DNA of 64,000 bases from Octopus vulgaris (lineage: Eukaryota). Below the pieces are notes generated by a model. It saw only the letters and a program-made list of their open reading frames with translations, ran no database searches and was not told the origin of the DNA. The first letter of the stretch is position 1. The number at the start of each line of letters is the position of its first letter. Location: assembly GCA_951406725.2 (NCBI GenBank), contig OX597814.1:141360001-141424000 (forward strand), written 5' to 3'. Positions 1-13,617 of the stretch are shown piece by piece. Made by a program: the position numbers and the translations under genes.

Positions 1-542
1 CCCATGGCTTTTGCAGACCCTCGGATATTGCTCACAGAAAGAAACTACGACTCGTGATTGCTGCATGTAGGCAATACTACATTAATAAAATGAGTTAATT
101 TATCAGAGCAACATAGATGTGGCTTGATTCATGCAACAGAGTAGATTCCATTGAGTCACTTTCCAGGATAAAATGGATCTAACAGAGAGGGGAGGTGGTG
201 AATTTTCACGAAGAAAATTAATTTAGATATGAGATTATGTTTTAATTTCGAAATGAAATTAAATTTATCTGAATTTTATTTGAAATTTTTTAGCGATTAA
301 TAATTTAATAACACACGATGGAGGAGTGGTTTAAATATATTAATTTGCACCACAAATTGCAGTGCAAAGTAAACAGGTTAGAAACGTTTATAAATATTAT
401 TTTGATACTGGTTTATTTTACTTATAGCTAAAATAGAGTTTGTTGATATTGTTTAGCCCGTGGTCAAACCTGATCCAGAAATACTTGTCAAAAATGATAC
501 AACCGGGGCCATTTTTTCATTTTGTATCAGACATTCTAAAAT

Positions 543-795
543 CTTTATCTTTTACTTGTTTCACTCATTAGACTGCGGTCATGCTGGGGCCCTGCCCTGG
601 GGATTTATAGTCAAACGAACCGATTCCAATACTTAAGTTTTGTAAAGCCTGGTACTTATTGTGGCGGTATCTTTTGCCGAATCGCTAGGGGTTGTAAACA
701 CGTCAACACCATTTGTAAAGAGGTGGTGGGACACACACACGCACACAAACACACACACATACAAACACACACACATACAAACACGCACACACAAT
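543..795 (-). mobile_element. SINE family A, 3' half
   Basis: Reverse complement of the tail ...ccagcatgaccgcagtctaatgagtgaaacaagtaaaagat, ending at the internal (CA)n tract. Confidence 0.75.
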
Positions 796-1573
796 CAGGT
801 TTGTCAAAGTCCTTTCGACACCATCCATGGTCTCATCTACTTCAGTGGGTCTGATTATTATTAACATAATGACCATCCCGAAGCTCAACTAAGCGTGTTT
901 CAACACACGAGACCACATCAAGAATCTTGCAAACCAAATACAAAACCGAATCATAAATTATGTACGGTGAAAATTCCATATGTAAGTGGAACAGTAGAAA
1001 TATGCAAAGAATTGACTAAAATTCAATAAATAACTTTTTATTATCGTTTGTTCTTCGTTAGATATCAACTCTTCGTCATAAAAATACTTCAAAGAATTAA
1101 AATAAAGCTAAGATACTATACAAACACAGGCAGGCAATGGCACACAAACACACATTTAAGCTCATGACTGTAGGTTTCAAACAAATATATTGCTTGATCA
1201 ACAGGCGTAAACATTAATCTAAAATCAATGAGTTGAAAACATCTGTGCACAAATAAATTGAAATTCCATTACCAGACTTAGGTACTACTCGTAATATATA
1301 AGGCACTTAACAATGTCATAGTACCACTTTTGTGGGGGCGGGCTTCAAAAGACCAACCTCACACGTGTATAAGTCTCTCTCTTCCTCTCTCGCTTTCTCA
1401 CTGAGCGTACATGCTTGCGTAAAGAGAGCAAGAGAGATCATTGGATAAGAGAGAAATGCACAACCAGATAGACATAAATAGATAAGGAGATTGATAGAGA
1501 CGTACATATATATACATGATCCCTCTCTCTCTTCATATATATATATATATATACACTCACATATACAAGCACA

Positions 1574-1760
1574 CAGTGTGTCCGTAAAGTTATGGGGGGA
1601 TTTCAAATCTATTTATTGATGTAACGTGCAACACTGCACATTTAAAATATATGTTAAATAAGAGATAAACTAATAAAGTTTACGTACAATTTATTGCAGT
1701 TTGATGTGGCTTCTATTTGTTGGCCCACACACATTTAATTGGTACTCCAGTCGGATGAGT
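1574..1760. mobile_element. Tc1/mariner-type MITE fragment
   Basis: Starts with cagtgtgtccgtaaagt, resembling a Tc1-class terminal repeat; the other end was not found. Confidence 0.35.
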
Positions 1761-1849
1761 GGAGAAAACTCTACAAACACACTGCTTATGTGTGTATGTG
1801 TGTGCATATTTGCATGTGTGAGCGAGCATATGCGTATAGGACTTTATGT

Positions 1850-1995
1850 AGGCGCAGGCATGTCTGTGTGGGAAGCAATTTGCTTCAACAACATGAAACC
1901 GGATTCAGTTTCACAGCGGGGCACCTTGGACAAGTACCTTCTACTTTAACATTGTTAGAGGATTTGGTAGAGAGTAATTGAAAGAAGCCCGTCAT
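1850..1995 (+). mobile_element. SINE family A, 5' half
   Basis: ggcgcaggcatgtctgtgtggg...ggcaccttggacaag...ggatttggtaga...gaaagaagcccgtc matches the copies at 9087, 18666 and 36263. Confidence 0.75.
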
Positions 1996-2060
1996 GTGTG
2001 TGTGTGTGTGTGTGTGTGCATATTTATATATATATATATATATAAATAATAAATAATACA

Positions 2061-2095
<35 letters not shown>

Positions 2096-2106
2096 GCATA
2101 TATGCC

Positions 2107-2500
2107 TACAGGACGTCGCCAACGGTACAAATAACAAACGTGTTAAATACGTAAACAACAAGAAAAAATGGAAAAAAGAGAAAGGACCCTTCATTTGTTG
2201 TCGGCTGTCTATCTACTCTTCATTTCGACCATTCAACGACAATATGAGTCTTCAAAGACAGTTGCTCCCATAAATTCTAAAATAAAATTTAGGATTTATG
2301 GAGGGTGCAAGTTGGGAACAAAAACATAACAGCGGATACATAGAAGGAAATCTAACGGAAAAAAACATCAAGGACTATATGTAGGCGCAGGCATGTCTGT
2401 GTGGGAAGAAATTTGCTTCAACAACATGAAACCGGATTCAGTTTCACAGAACGAAAGTAAAATAGTGAATGATGGGAGAAACGTTTTTTGGGAAGGAGAG

Positions 2501-2536
<36 letters not shown>

Positions 2537-2595
2537 AACACTCCGTTCTTTTGAACGTCCATGCAGGAAAAGAAAGATGGACGATGGGCACGTGA
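2107..2595. mobile_element. Interspersed repeat, probable Penelope-like terminal repeat (same family as 56820 and 57600)
   Basis: Shares acaggacgtc...ttgtcggctgtct...cattcaacgacaatatgagtcttc.aagacagttgctcccataa with 56822-57290; embedded in TA microsatellites. Confidence 0.55.
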
Positions 2596-2721
2596 ATATA
2601 TATATATATATATATCAGAAGTGTGCAATAATCGTGAATTGTGAATAATTTTGGATTTTGTCTGCAATATATGTATTTTTAGATTCATTACTGTTATATA
2701 TATATATATATATATATATAT

Positions 2722-2935
2722 TATCTTTTAATCGTTTACTGTTTCAATCATTTGACTGCGGCGATGCTTGGGCACCATCCTGAAGGGTTTTAGTCGAACG
2801 AATCGACTCCAGGACTAATTTTTATTAGTTCTTCTGCCGAACCGCTAATTTACGGGGACGTAAACACACCAATACCGGATGTCAAGTGGTGTTGGGAGAC
2901 AAACACGGGCACAATCACACACGCGCGCACACATA
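2722..2935 (-). mobile_element. SINE family A, 3' half
   Basis: tgtttcaatcatttgactgcgg...ccgaaccgctaa.ttacggggacgtaaacacacca matches the family tail. Confidence 0.7.
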
Positions 2936-3114
2936 AATATATATAGTTGGGAAGCAAGCTTCTTTATTTCATTACATTTGCCATAAAGGCATAATACAGA
3001 TGAAGCTTTGCGGGCCGGACACAGAGACAACGATGATGATAGAATGATAAAAGAGATGGTTGGTGGGGGAAGAAAATTAACGCCTGCCGATTGTTACTTC
3101 CCGATAACATTGTT

Positions 3115-4190
3115 CTTTTTTAAAAAACACAAATGAGCTATTGAACCTCTTACAATAATTACAAATTGAGGCGCTGAGCCTCTTATCAATCAAAAACGTT
3201 CAGAAAATATTCAACTAAGACCTCTTACTCTGCCTCTCCGATTACGTCTCTTGCCGCCTGCAGTCAATCCTGCAGTCACAAACCGGGGTCCCAAAAAAGA
3301 TAATTATATTCTTCCTTAGTAAAGGAACCCATCGCCCTATAGAAGTAGTTTTCCTCCACGACCTCCGCAGCTACCTGTGGAGGCCAATCCGCGCTATCAA
3401 TGCAGATCAGGACAACCTGTTCCCGACCTTCAAGATTCCTCACAAAGTTCTCTACGGCCCCTCCATCAAGAAAGATTACAAATTCCTCGATTATTACACT
3501 GGGAGGAGCCACAGTTTCCTCCGTCGGTGGCACAATTCCCTCCGACGAGGTTTCGGGACATGCCGGCAGTGTATTGCTAACCACTAGCATTGTTCCATTC
3601 ATTTTCTTCTTTTTTCTTGTCTTTGATACGGGAGGGGGTGGTTCCTTCGCTTTAACCGGAGGATCATCGGTCCCTCCCGCAGCTTTAGGGTCCTTCGGTG
3701 AGTAACCATTTTGCCCACCTTCTTCCCCCCCTTTTTTCCGGGGAGGTCTCTACCTCCCTGACTACCTCCATCTCTCCCTCCGGAGGAGGAGGGATCTCTT
3801 TCACAACCAACTGTTCCAGGACCCTACTCTGGTCCTGGGGACACTTCTTTTTGATGCGGCCCGGTTCCAGGCACTAGTGACACTTGGGAGAGGGGGTCCC
3901 TCAAGAATCACCGGGTACCTGCAACCGGCCATTTTCAAAAAATCTGGAATAACCAGATTCTTGGCTGATTGGGTCCACAGGGTCAAAACAGCTTTTGATC
4001 CAGCCTAATCAGCCGCCGGCAAAATTTTAGCATTAAGCAGCTTGGATCCGCTGCTACCCAGACCCCGACGGATAGTGTCCTGTATCCACTCGGTTTCTAT
4101 CCCGGGTGGCAACTCGTAGACCCAAGGGCACGAAACAGTCACAAAAATAGCACAATTTTAGGAGGGATACGCCCCCAAAACACACTTCTC
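3115..4190 (-). mobile_element. Tx1/L1-like retroelement remnant encoding only a decayed ORF1 (zinc knuckle)
   Basis: Minus-strand frames read WVYELPPGIETEWI...IPDFLKMAGCRYPVILEG/PKCH*CLEPGRIKKKCP (Tx1-type ORF1 with a degenerate CCHC knuckle), then the acidic C-terminal ORF 3602-3276. GC-richer than the flanks. Confidence 0.65.
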
Positions 4191-4599
4191 ACCGTTAAGT
4201 GAGACTTTAATCACAACCACAGGCAGACAAATGCATGGAACTCAGTGGAGATTTCTTGTTCGACAAATATAAATAAACACGAGAAACAACCCCCCGCTGA
4301 ATCCCAAAAAACAAATGTCTTACCTTGTAGTTGTGCTACATACGTTCAACAAGTCACGACGTTGGTGTACAGCGACGTGACTCCAGCAGTGAAGAAAAAT
4401 ACGTCCACACATTAGTGAGGGAAGTAAGCTTCTTACCACACAACCACGCCTGCGCCTATATGTGTGTGTATACCTGCGCACGCGCGTGCGTGTTTGTGTT
4501 TGATCCCTGCTAGAGATTGACGACCTGTTCGGCATAATATAACCGAATAAAAAAGAATTTGGCTAAAAAAAAATAAGTGGTATGAACAATAAAGAGAAC

Positions 4600-5150
4600 C
4601 GAGTCACAGTCACTGAGGAGCTGTTGTTTTTATCTTTCGGATGATGTCCAAAGCATCCCACTAGGTCAGATCATCTTTGCGCGATCTCCCTCCGCGCCCA
4701 AAAAGCCTGTTACAGCCTCTCTGACAACAGAGATGTTAATTGTCTTTTTGCATTGAAAAGACGTCGTTTCTCTTGATCGACGTGGGCAAACGATCAAAAC
4801 AGCGTTTTTAGATGTCGTGCAGCGCTTTGAGAGAGGAACTGCGAAGCAGCTTGGGTCATGGACAAATAAAAGATGGGTGTATACGCGTCATTCTTTAACT
4901 GTGAAAAAACATAACACTCGTCTCCGATCACCCTACTCTCCAGATTTTGCCTCGGTAGACTTTTTTTTTTGTGTGCTTGTTTTCAACGTTATGAAGAAAT
5001 GTTGCTACTTCTGAAAAAGTTTTCCATGACGCATTCTGGAACTGGAATCAAAGGCAAAAATTTAGAAAGAAAAAAAACAACATTTCGCCAGTTGCGAGAG
5101 GGGTTGCAACAGAAGAGGGTACTATTTTCAAAGAAAGCTGATTACTGCTT
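4600..5150 (+). pseudogene. Highly decayed mariner transposase fragment
   Basis: Motifs MLIVFLH*KDVV, GQTI and PYSPDFASVDFF (YSPDLAPxDF signature), with frameshifts. Confidence 0.6.
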
Positions 5151-5621
5151 ATGTAAAGCAATAATTTTGAATTTTGCTATAATAAAGTTCAATACAAGAA
5201 ACATCTATCATGTTTGAAAAGAAATTAAAAATAGACATAACACACGTTTGGTTTCATAAAAACCTTTCAAATAGTAGACGAGCAGACAAGCGAGCAGACG
5301 ACAGGCCTGCGTTTACGAAACTAGATACAGTGACAAAATATACTAACTTAATTAGCAAGCACTATTAAGTTATAAGCTGTGAAGTGTTGTCACGCCATAA
5401 ATCTTAGCAAGGTTTTGAAGAAGACTCAGGTAGACATAAATTATCTACAAGAGACTTCTTCAGACAGATAGAACTTAGGTTTATACAACTTCAATGATTA
5501 TAAACAGCCGACATCAGTGAGAAGGAAACCTACAACGCCATCAAAACAAGATGGAAACATCAATAAACATCAATCAACACACTATGACTGCTGCCTCCAG
5601 TTTTACATGAACAATAGCACT

Positions 5622-5690
<69 letters not shown>

Positions 5691-5806
5691 ATTGGCCACC
5701 ACAAACGTCACCACTGTCACCAATACTCTAGCCACCATAGTAGCCTCTACGCGGCCATTTGACCATCTAGAAATAGCAGCCCAAATCTCCATATGCTACC
5801 TGCCTA

Positions 5807-5897
<91 letters not shown>

Positions 5898-5951
5898 GTT
5901 TGTGTTGTATGTGTGAGTGCGTACATTCGTGTGTGTGTGTATATATATATT

Positions 5952-7238
5952 TTGGGTCATCCCATAAATAATGCGGTTTTTATATACTTCTTATATTTTT
6001 CAAAATTAAGATAAAGAAAGATATTTTTTAATGTAAAAATATACTCTCCTTCATGTCCTACAATGCTCTTCCATCTATCTGGGAGACTTGCAGGGCTCCT
6101 CTTCCAAAATTCACTTATCCATAACGAAAAATACTCCTCCTGTACTGTTCTGACCTCGTCTACAGAATTTATATTTTTTTCTATCAAAATGATTTTAAAG
6201 ACTGCGGAATAAATGATGGTCAGATGGGGTAATGTTTGGCGAATATGGTAGGTGGGGCATCGTTTACCCTTCAAAATCCTCCAGCCTTTCGAATGTTATC
6301 CTCGCTGTATGTGGCCAAGCATTATCCAGATGGAAGAGCATCTTTCGTCTTGAAAGCAATGATGGTTGTTTTACTTCTAGCGCTGACTTAAGCCGCTCAA
6401 GCTGCTCGCAGCAGATCTCGTTTGTTATCGTTTGGATTGGGTATAAAATTTCAAAGTGGACTAAACCTTTCATATCCTACCAAACAAATAACAACACTTT
6501 ACGTGGCTGAAGAAATTTATCCTGTGGTGCTGGAGTTTCTCCTTTCCCTACCCACTGTCTTCGGCGCTCGACATTCATATAGAGGTCCTATTTCTCGTCA
6601 CAAACCATTATTCGGTCCAAAAAAGGTTTATTCGTACGACGTGACAGCAAAGAAGAGCACACATTCATTCTCTGCGCACGATTAGACTGGGAAAGTTTGT
6701 GAAGAGCCCATTGACCCAATTTGCTGACTTCTCCGATGGCAAGCAGGTATCGATGAATGGTTGAATGACAAAATCCATGCTTCTCTGCTAGTTCCTCAAC
6801 AGTTACGATAGCATTGTATTTATTCCACCAGGGTTTGCAGAAGGTCTTCGTCGAGTTCTACAGATCTTCCATGACAAGGCTCGTCTTCTAGGCTGTAGTT
6901 TCCGGCTTGGAATTTCTGGAACCACCGTTGACACTAGCTTACGCTTATTGTCTAATCCCTATATACTCCATTAATATTCCTCGCACTTTCCTTGGCGTTG
7001 TTGGGTTTATTGAACTGATAAAGCAAAATATGCCGAATATGCTCCTTTTCACTTCCATTATTCCTTTGAAAAAATAACTGTTAAAATCGAACTGCACTCT
7101 TCAGAACTTGTACTTAGAATAAGTACATGGTAAAATTACTACCAGTTTTTAAAGCAAGTTGATGCAGGTAGTTTATACCGCCCACCTCCGACTTTAATTC
7201 ATGCCATAGAAAAAAACCTGCATTATTTATGGGATGAC
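5952..7238 (-). mobile_element. Near full-length mariner element with pseudogenised transposase
   Basis: TIRs gggtcatcccataaataatgcggttttt (5954) and aaaaaacctgcattatttatgggatgac (7211-7238). Minus strand encodes EHIRHILLYQF...CQRWFQKF...FLDRIMVCDEK*...HLDNAWPH...PHLPYSPNITPSDHHLFRSL with many stops and frameshifts. Confidence 0.92.
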
Positions 7239-7239
7239 A

Positions 7240-7441
7240 TTCTTTCCTACACAACGCCCAAAAGTTTGAGGGAGGGTGCCAATCGATTAGATGACCCCCA
7301 GTATGCAATTAGTACTTAATTTATCGACCTCGAAAGGATGAGAGGCGACCTCGGCAGAAATTGAACTCAGAACATAAAGACAGACGACGTATAGCTAAGC
7401 ATTTCGCCTGCGTGCTAACGTTTCTGCCAGCTCGCCGCCTT
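7240..7441 (-). mobile_element. SINE family B
   Basis: Reverse complement of ggcggcgagctggcagaaacgttagcac...gagttcaa...tcatcctttcgaggtcgataaattaagtac; abuts and truncates the mariner TIR. Confidence 0.85.
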
Positions 7442-8144
7442 AAATCTATATATATATAGTTACACATATACTAAATATATATATATATATTTACACATAT
7501 GCTAAATATACTATATACTAACACGCACGCATACGTATACACATCTGCTTGTGATTGTAATGAAATTATAGTCCTAATGCATTTCTTCTAATTTCAATTT
7601 CACGACAATGACAGCGTTTTCAGTCATTCGTGTTCGGTTTGCGCTTTTGCTTAGTTGATGTATTTCATCTTGTTAATTTGAATAATTGTTTGTGCGAAAC
7701 GTTACGATGCCGCGACATTTGCGTTGACAGGAAATAGTAAGATTGATTCCATTGAAAGAAACTTTAAGACTGATGATCATTGATATGTTTTCGTTGAGAA
7801 TCCATGCCAAGAACGAGAGTCACGCTCGTAAACAAGTGGCTTTGAAGAAAATGTAACAATGTAATAATGCGTGGCGGGAGAGGAGAAACAAAAATGGAAA
7901 AAAGAACAGAATAGAAAAAAAAAGTAATAGTATAAAAATATCAAAACAGAATTAATAAAGAGAAAAGGACAATTAAAGAAAACAAAAAAGGAAAGAAAAA
8001 ATGAGAATCTCGTGAGGTTTACAGACGAGACTAGAAAAACTAGACAGGTAGTAAAAAGTAAAACTTACAGAGTCCGATAAAAGACCGATAAACAGAAACA
8101 GCATACACGCGCGTGCGTGCACACACGAGTGTTTATGTAAGTAT

Positions 8145-8155
8145 ATGTGTGTGTA

Positions 8156-8187
<32 letters not shown>

Positions 8188-8271
8188 TGTGTGTTTTTGT
8201 GTGTGTGTATACTTATGTGTGTATATGTATACATGAACATATACTGTTCTAAGCATACGTATACATGTGTG

Positions 8272-8343
<72 letters not shown>

Positions 8344-8850
8344 GAGAGAGAGAGGAAGAGAGAGAGTGAGAAACTAAAGAAGAGGGGGGAGGAGGAGAGG
8401 GAGAGAGAGAGAGCCGCACGATATAGGTGTCTGCATATGCAGAGAGAGAGAGAGAAGGGAATGGGAAAAGAAAGATAAAGGTGGAGATAAACGGAGGGAG
8501 AATGAAATTCAGTGTTAGAATATATATATAATTCATAGAAGGGAAGACAGAGTGAGAGAGAGAGTAAGAGGTAGATAGATAGAGAGAGAAAGAGACAGAC
8601 AGAAAGAGAGGAGGAGGAGGAGGAGGAGGGAAAGAGACGGACAGAAAAGAGGGGGAGAAGAAAGAGAAAGAGACAGACAGAAAGGGAGAGGGAGAAGGAA
8701 AGAAAGCAGGAGAGAGGGGAGAGAGAGAAAGAATACGTGAGAGAAAGAGTGCGAGAGAATATAAGAGAAGGAAAGAGAATGCGTGAGAGTCGGAGAGAGA
8801 GAGAGAGAGAGAAAGATAGAGAGAGAGAAAGATAGAGAGAGAGAGATAGA
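8145..8850. repeat. Compound (TG)n/(TA)n/(GA)n and purine-rich low-complexity tract
   Basis: Directly visible; explains the 339-aa minus-strand ORF. Confidence 0.9.
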
Positions 8851-9086
8851 AAAAGAAACCTCGAATACTGATTGGACAATTGTTTCTGTATAATTAATTC
8901 TATATAAGGAAGTTTTTCAAGATTGGTAGAGAAAAGTGGATTTGAGATAAATAGAAGAATAAAAAGCAAAATAAAAATATAATTAAAAAAATGAAGAAAA
9001 GAGGTGAGAGAATGTAAAGTAGGTGGAGAGAGGATAAAGAAACTGAAGAATGGCCGATGAAAATATTCTAATATACTCACAATGTA

Positions 9087-9299
9087 AGCGCAGGCGTGGC
9101 TGTGTGATAAGAAGTTTGCTTCCCATTCACGTGATTCTGGGTTGAGCCCCATTTCATGGTACCCTGGGCAAGAGTCTTCTAGAACAGCCCCGGTCTGGGG
9201 CTATACTAGAAGCCATGCAAGCAAATGCAAGCAAATGTTTGTTGCGCCTTGTGATTTGGTAGAGCGAAACTGAAAGAATCCCAGCGTATATGTATGTGA

Positions 9300-9351
<52 letters not shown>

Positions 9352-9367
9352 ATGGGTGTGTGTGTGT

Positions 9368-9401
<34 letters not shown>

Positions 9402-9782
9402 AATATGTATATATATATATATGCGTGCATGCATGTATGTATGTATGTATGTATGTATGTATGTATGTATGTATGTATATATATATATACATGTACATGT
9501 ATGTATGTGTGTATGTATGTATGTACGTATGTATGTATGTATGTATGAATGTGAGTGTGTGTCCTTGTGTTTCCTCCACTACCGCTCGACGAGTTGTGTT
9601 GGTGCGTTTATGTCCCCGTAACTTAGCGGTTCAGCAAAATATGTTGATTGAGTAAGTACCAGACTTTAAAAAAATGTGCTGGGTTCGATTTGTTCCACTA
9701 AAATTCTTCAAGGCGGTGCCCCAGCAGGGCCGCAGTCTAATGAGTGAAACAAGTAAGAAATAAAAGATAAAGATAAAAGATA
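9087..9782 (+). mobile_element. SINE family A, full length with expanded internal microsatellite
   Basis: tRNA-like head (gcgcaggcgtggctgtgtg...gggttgagcccc), core ctgggcaagagtcttcta, internal (TG)/(TA)/(TATG)n, tail ggcggtgccccagcagggccgcagtctaatgagtgaaacaag then (taaaaga)n. Confidence 0.85.
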
Positions 9783-9996
9783 TGGCTGAAGGAAAATATC
9801 TTATGGGGAGAGTTCCGCATACTAATGATGAATATGGTAGGGTTTCGCAATTTTGAGGGAAGAATACGTCGATTTATTTCCATTATGCATTTTGTCCGGC
9901 CTACTATCGACTCGGTCAGTTCACCGCCCTCGCATCTGTAATATAAATGAGATGATAAACTTCATTCAACCGAGATTACACGCACACACTCACAAA

Positions 9997-10028
<32 letters not shown>

Positions 10029-12419
10029 TGCGCACGCACGCTCATAAAACGGCCTCTGTCGTTTAAGATTGACCATGACTCTGCACATGTTTGAGCAGGC
10101 TTGGGCAAGGTTTTTGTGGAAAAAATGTGTTAACAATACAGGTAATCCTCTCCTGCCCATGCGACCGGTGTTTAGCCGAAGGAAAGTTGGTCAACTTAGG
10201 CCTTTATGACTTGGCACCAGTGTCATCGTAGGTGTGCTGTTGATAGAAGGCAAAGAGCCAGAACAGATGCTAAGCACAAGTTATCTTCCCCGTTCCTCTA
10301 ACAATTCAGCCGGTCCACCGCTCTAGATTGGTACTCTTCCATCAATCTCCATAAGGATGAGAGGGAAAATTGACGTCGGCAGGATCTGAACTAAGATTGC
10401 AAAGTGTCGGACCAAATATGGTGAGATTATCCATGCAAAACCCCATTTAGTGGAACTTGTGACTGAAGAGCCACAATCAACTAGGGGTAAGGTAAATAAG
10501 ATAAGTTGATAGAAATTTTCAGACGATATAGATTATGTTGACTGCTGCTAACCTTGAAAGTCAGGTGGTGAGGACGAAGAAATTTCAGCTTAACTAGACA
10601 TCGAAGAGTACACAACTCTATGTTTGTGTGAGAAGGAAGGAAAACAGGTATTTAACCGAAGTCTAGTTTCTTACAGGTGTTAGATTATTCAGTAAAAAAA
10701 ATGAGGTTTCATCTCATTCAATTCCACAATAATGCAATTGAAAAAGAAATTACTGCGTGGAAGTCTAATTGGTAGTCTGTTCTGTGGAGAAGTCTCTTAA
10801 TTTCTTACCCCCAACAACACAATACAATACACAGTCTTTTTTCGTTTGACACTTAAGTAGTCAGCTAAGCCGTTAGCTTCTCATTGTTCTTTCGATCAAC
10901 TGTGAATGGCTGGATGAACGGACGAAACAATTTTATTATTCTCTGGCGCTGTTTGTCCACAAGAAGCAACCATATTTCTTAGCTTACTTCGGGAAAAATG
11001 CCTTGTGGTATTTCTTCTGACTCATTATACTCTGAGTTCAAATTCTACCTCCACGCCAAGCTCATTGATAGAGAGGGCAGGGATCTCTTACGTGTGAATA
11101 AGGCGCGTCGAGTAAGATTTGGTGCCTAGCCTCTTTATCATTGATAAGGCTGCAAAGGCAACCTCCCCACCCAATGCTGCTAAGGAAGTTATCAGCTTGG
11201 TTGACTACTCCCATTAATGCCCTCAGGGAAGGTTCACTATGCAACAACAATTGTATCCAAACTATTCCTGTTTACAAAGTGTTGTTAATTTTGGCATCAA
11301 ACAACATTTAAACGTGTTTCTTCCTCGCGTCTGCTTTCTATTTTTGTATTGATATGTTTCTAGGTTCTTTATGAAGGCGGTAACTGTAATGGTCCCATGT
11401 TCCTGTAGCTTGACCATAATTTCAAAATATACACTTACTTCCCTCCATCAGTCTTTGAATTTATCAATGCTTGCATTGACCATCTCCAAATCCTATATGA
11501 ATGCTACAACAAACGAAGGATTAAATTCTATTGGCATCGCCCATTAATAAAGCGCTTTTTTTTTATTATCTATAAAAACGCAAATGTATGTTCCTCAAGC
11601 GCTCCTACTGTCCTTGCTGCATCTTATTCATGGAGAGAAGAGCACTCATCCTATATTTTTTTTCTATTTCATGTATACGTATTTTATAATTCTTGCAAGT
11701 GTACTGCCTTTTCTTTTATGACGTATAATCGGTTTTTAAAAATAATTTTCTTGTATTAAATTTAGGTCTTATCACACGCATAAAACCAAAGCATTTGAAA
11801 ACAGGTTTTCGCTCAAAGATTCTATATTTTTGTCACGTTGCCATTTTTCATTATATTTTACTGGACAATGCTACTCACGTCTTTGTTGTTGCAAGACGTA
11901 TTGGTACACACGTTCAATACTTTTTTCTATATTTTGTGGTGTTATCCGTGTTTAATTTATGTGTTATTGTCAATATGTTCAGAATCGTAGTTAACATTAA
12001 ATCAAGACATTAAAAATATTCTCCTCCTACGTAGTGGCAACTACCTGTGGCCATCTTAAAACTACTGCTCGAAGCAGAATTAACATAAATATTTCTTCTT
12101 CTCAAGCAATATTTCTTCTCAAACAATATTTCTACTTCTCAAGATAAAAGTGTGTGAATGAAACACATGCGCGCACATAAACACACATACACAAAAGAAA
12201 AATAACAGCATTACTACCTTTAAAGTGGAAAGATTTCAACAAGTTTGTTCGAATATTCCTGTTGGAAATGTTTGAAAAATGCAATAAGTCATCAGCTTGA
12301 AAAAACGTTGAGAAAACTCTACAGTTGTAAATCCGAAAGTGAAAGATGTGAAGCATGTATTGTTGCAGTAAAATGAACAACAGCAGCAACAACAACAACA
12401 GCAACAACAAGAACAAAAA

Positions 12420-12606
12420 ATTCCTTTCTACTGGATTAAGTCGATCACATCGATCCCAGTCTGTAACTGGTATTTAATTAATTAGTCTCGAAAGGATGAA
12501 AGGCAAAGTCGACCTCGACGGAATTTGAACTCAAAACGTGAAGACGGACGAAATGCCGCTACACATCTTTCCTGGAGTGCTAACGGTTCTGCCAGCTCGC
12601 CGCCTT
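12420..12606 (-). mobile_element. SINE family B
   Basis: gaaaggatgaaaggcaaagtcgacctcgacggaatttgaactc...ctgccagctcgccgcc. Confidence 0.85.
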
Positions 12607-12615
12607 AATAATAAT

Positions 12616-12714
<99 letters not shown>

Positions 12715-12723
12715 TAATAATAA

Positions 12724-13255
12724 TGCAGTACCAGGCTTTTGATCTTAACTGATTGGAAGTATTATCATGTACATTGTTTTGCCTTGGTGTAAAAGGTGGG
12801 TTACAGCAAATATTCTGCTCAATACCACATATTTGCTTTTTAGTTGGTTGATCTTAAACAGCTGAGTATGTCCTTTAGTGGCTGACAATGTGTGCATCTC
12901 TGATCATGCGCAGAAGTAGTGGGGGAGCATCATAGTCATGTGTTGAGAGGAATTCTTTGACGTTTGAATTATTCACTTCTGGAAACATTGGTATCTTGTT
13001 CATCATCCTTAAACAACCCTTATTCAGGGACCTTTTGAGTGGGATGGGCTACTCCACCAGAAGAAAATTCTAACTGGGCCCCACCTGCAAGGTCATGTGC
13101 TGTTTATCTTGATATGAGATCACCATGTCGCGCACATATGGTTGTGATGCATGTGCCTGGTGTACCTTTATCAGACGGGTAGTCATGATGGGTATATTGG
13201 GCTTCGTATATTTTACCCCAGTGTCACTTTGATGGCATGCACTGCTCTCTCACTC
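12724..13255 (+). mobile_element. ~540-bp non-coding element inserted in (TAA)n (copy 1)
   Basis: Closely similar to the reverse complement of 39336-39890; flanked by (TAA)n on both sides. Confidence 0.85.
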
Positions 13256-13282
13256 AATAATAATAATAATAATAATAATAAC

Positions 13283-13332
<50 letters not shown>

Positions 13333-13335
<3 letters not shown>

Positions 13336-13617
13336 GAGGTAACCAGAATGTGGAATCTGAAAACAGAAGCAATTCCTATCATAGTAGGTGTATTAGGCAT
13401 GATAAAAAATATTCAGACAAATACATAACAAAAACACCAGGACTTACAAACACATATAACATACAGAAAATTGCACTACTAGGCACTGCACACATCCTAC
13501 GCAGAACACTTTCCATACAATAACCATCAGAGCATCACGACAAATCACAACACATACCCAAGGCACACAGAGCTGCGCTCGGTAGTGAAGTGAAAGCACG
13601 CTATAAAAATAAAACTA

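Noticed and set aside
8133-9152. 339-aa ORF and the many YI/CV/HT/poly-I ORFs in the track
   Set aside because: They are translations of microsatellites and SINE fragments with no protein-like composition.
11280-12060. Strand-biased tract that may be a decayed coding sequence
   Set aside because: No identifiable motif in any frame read.
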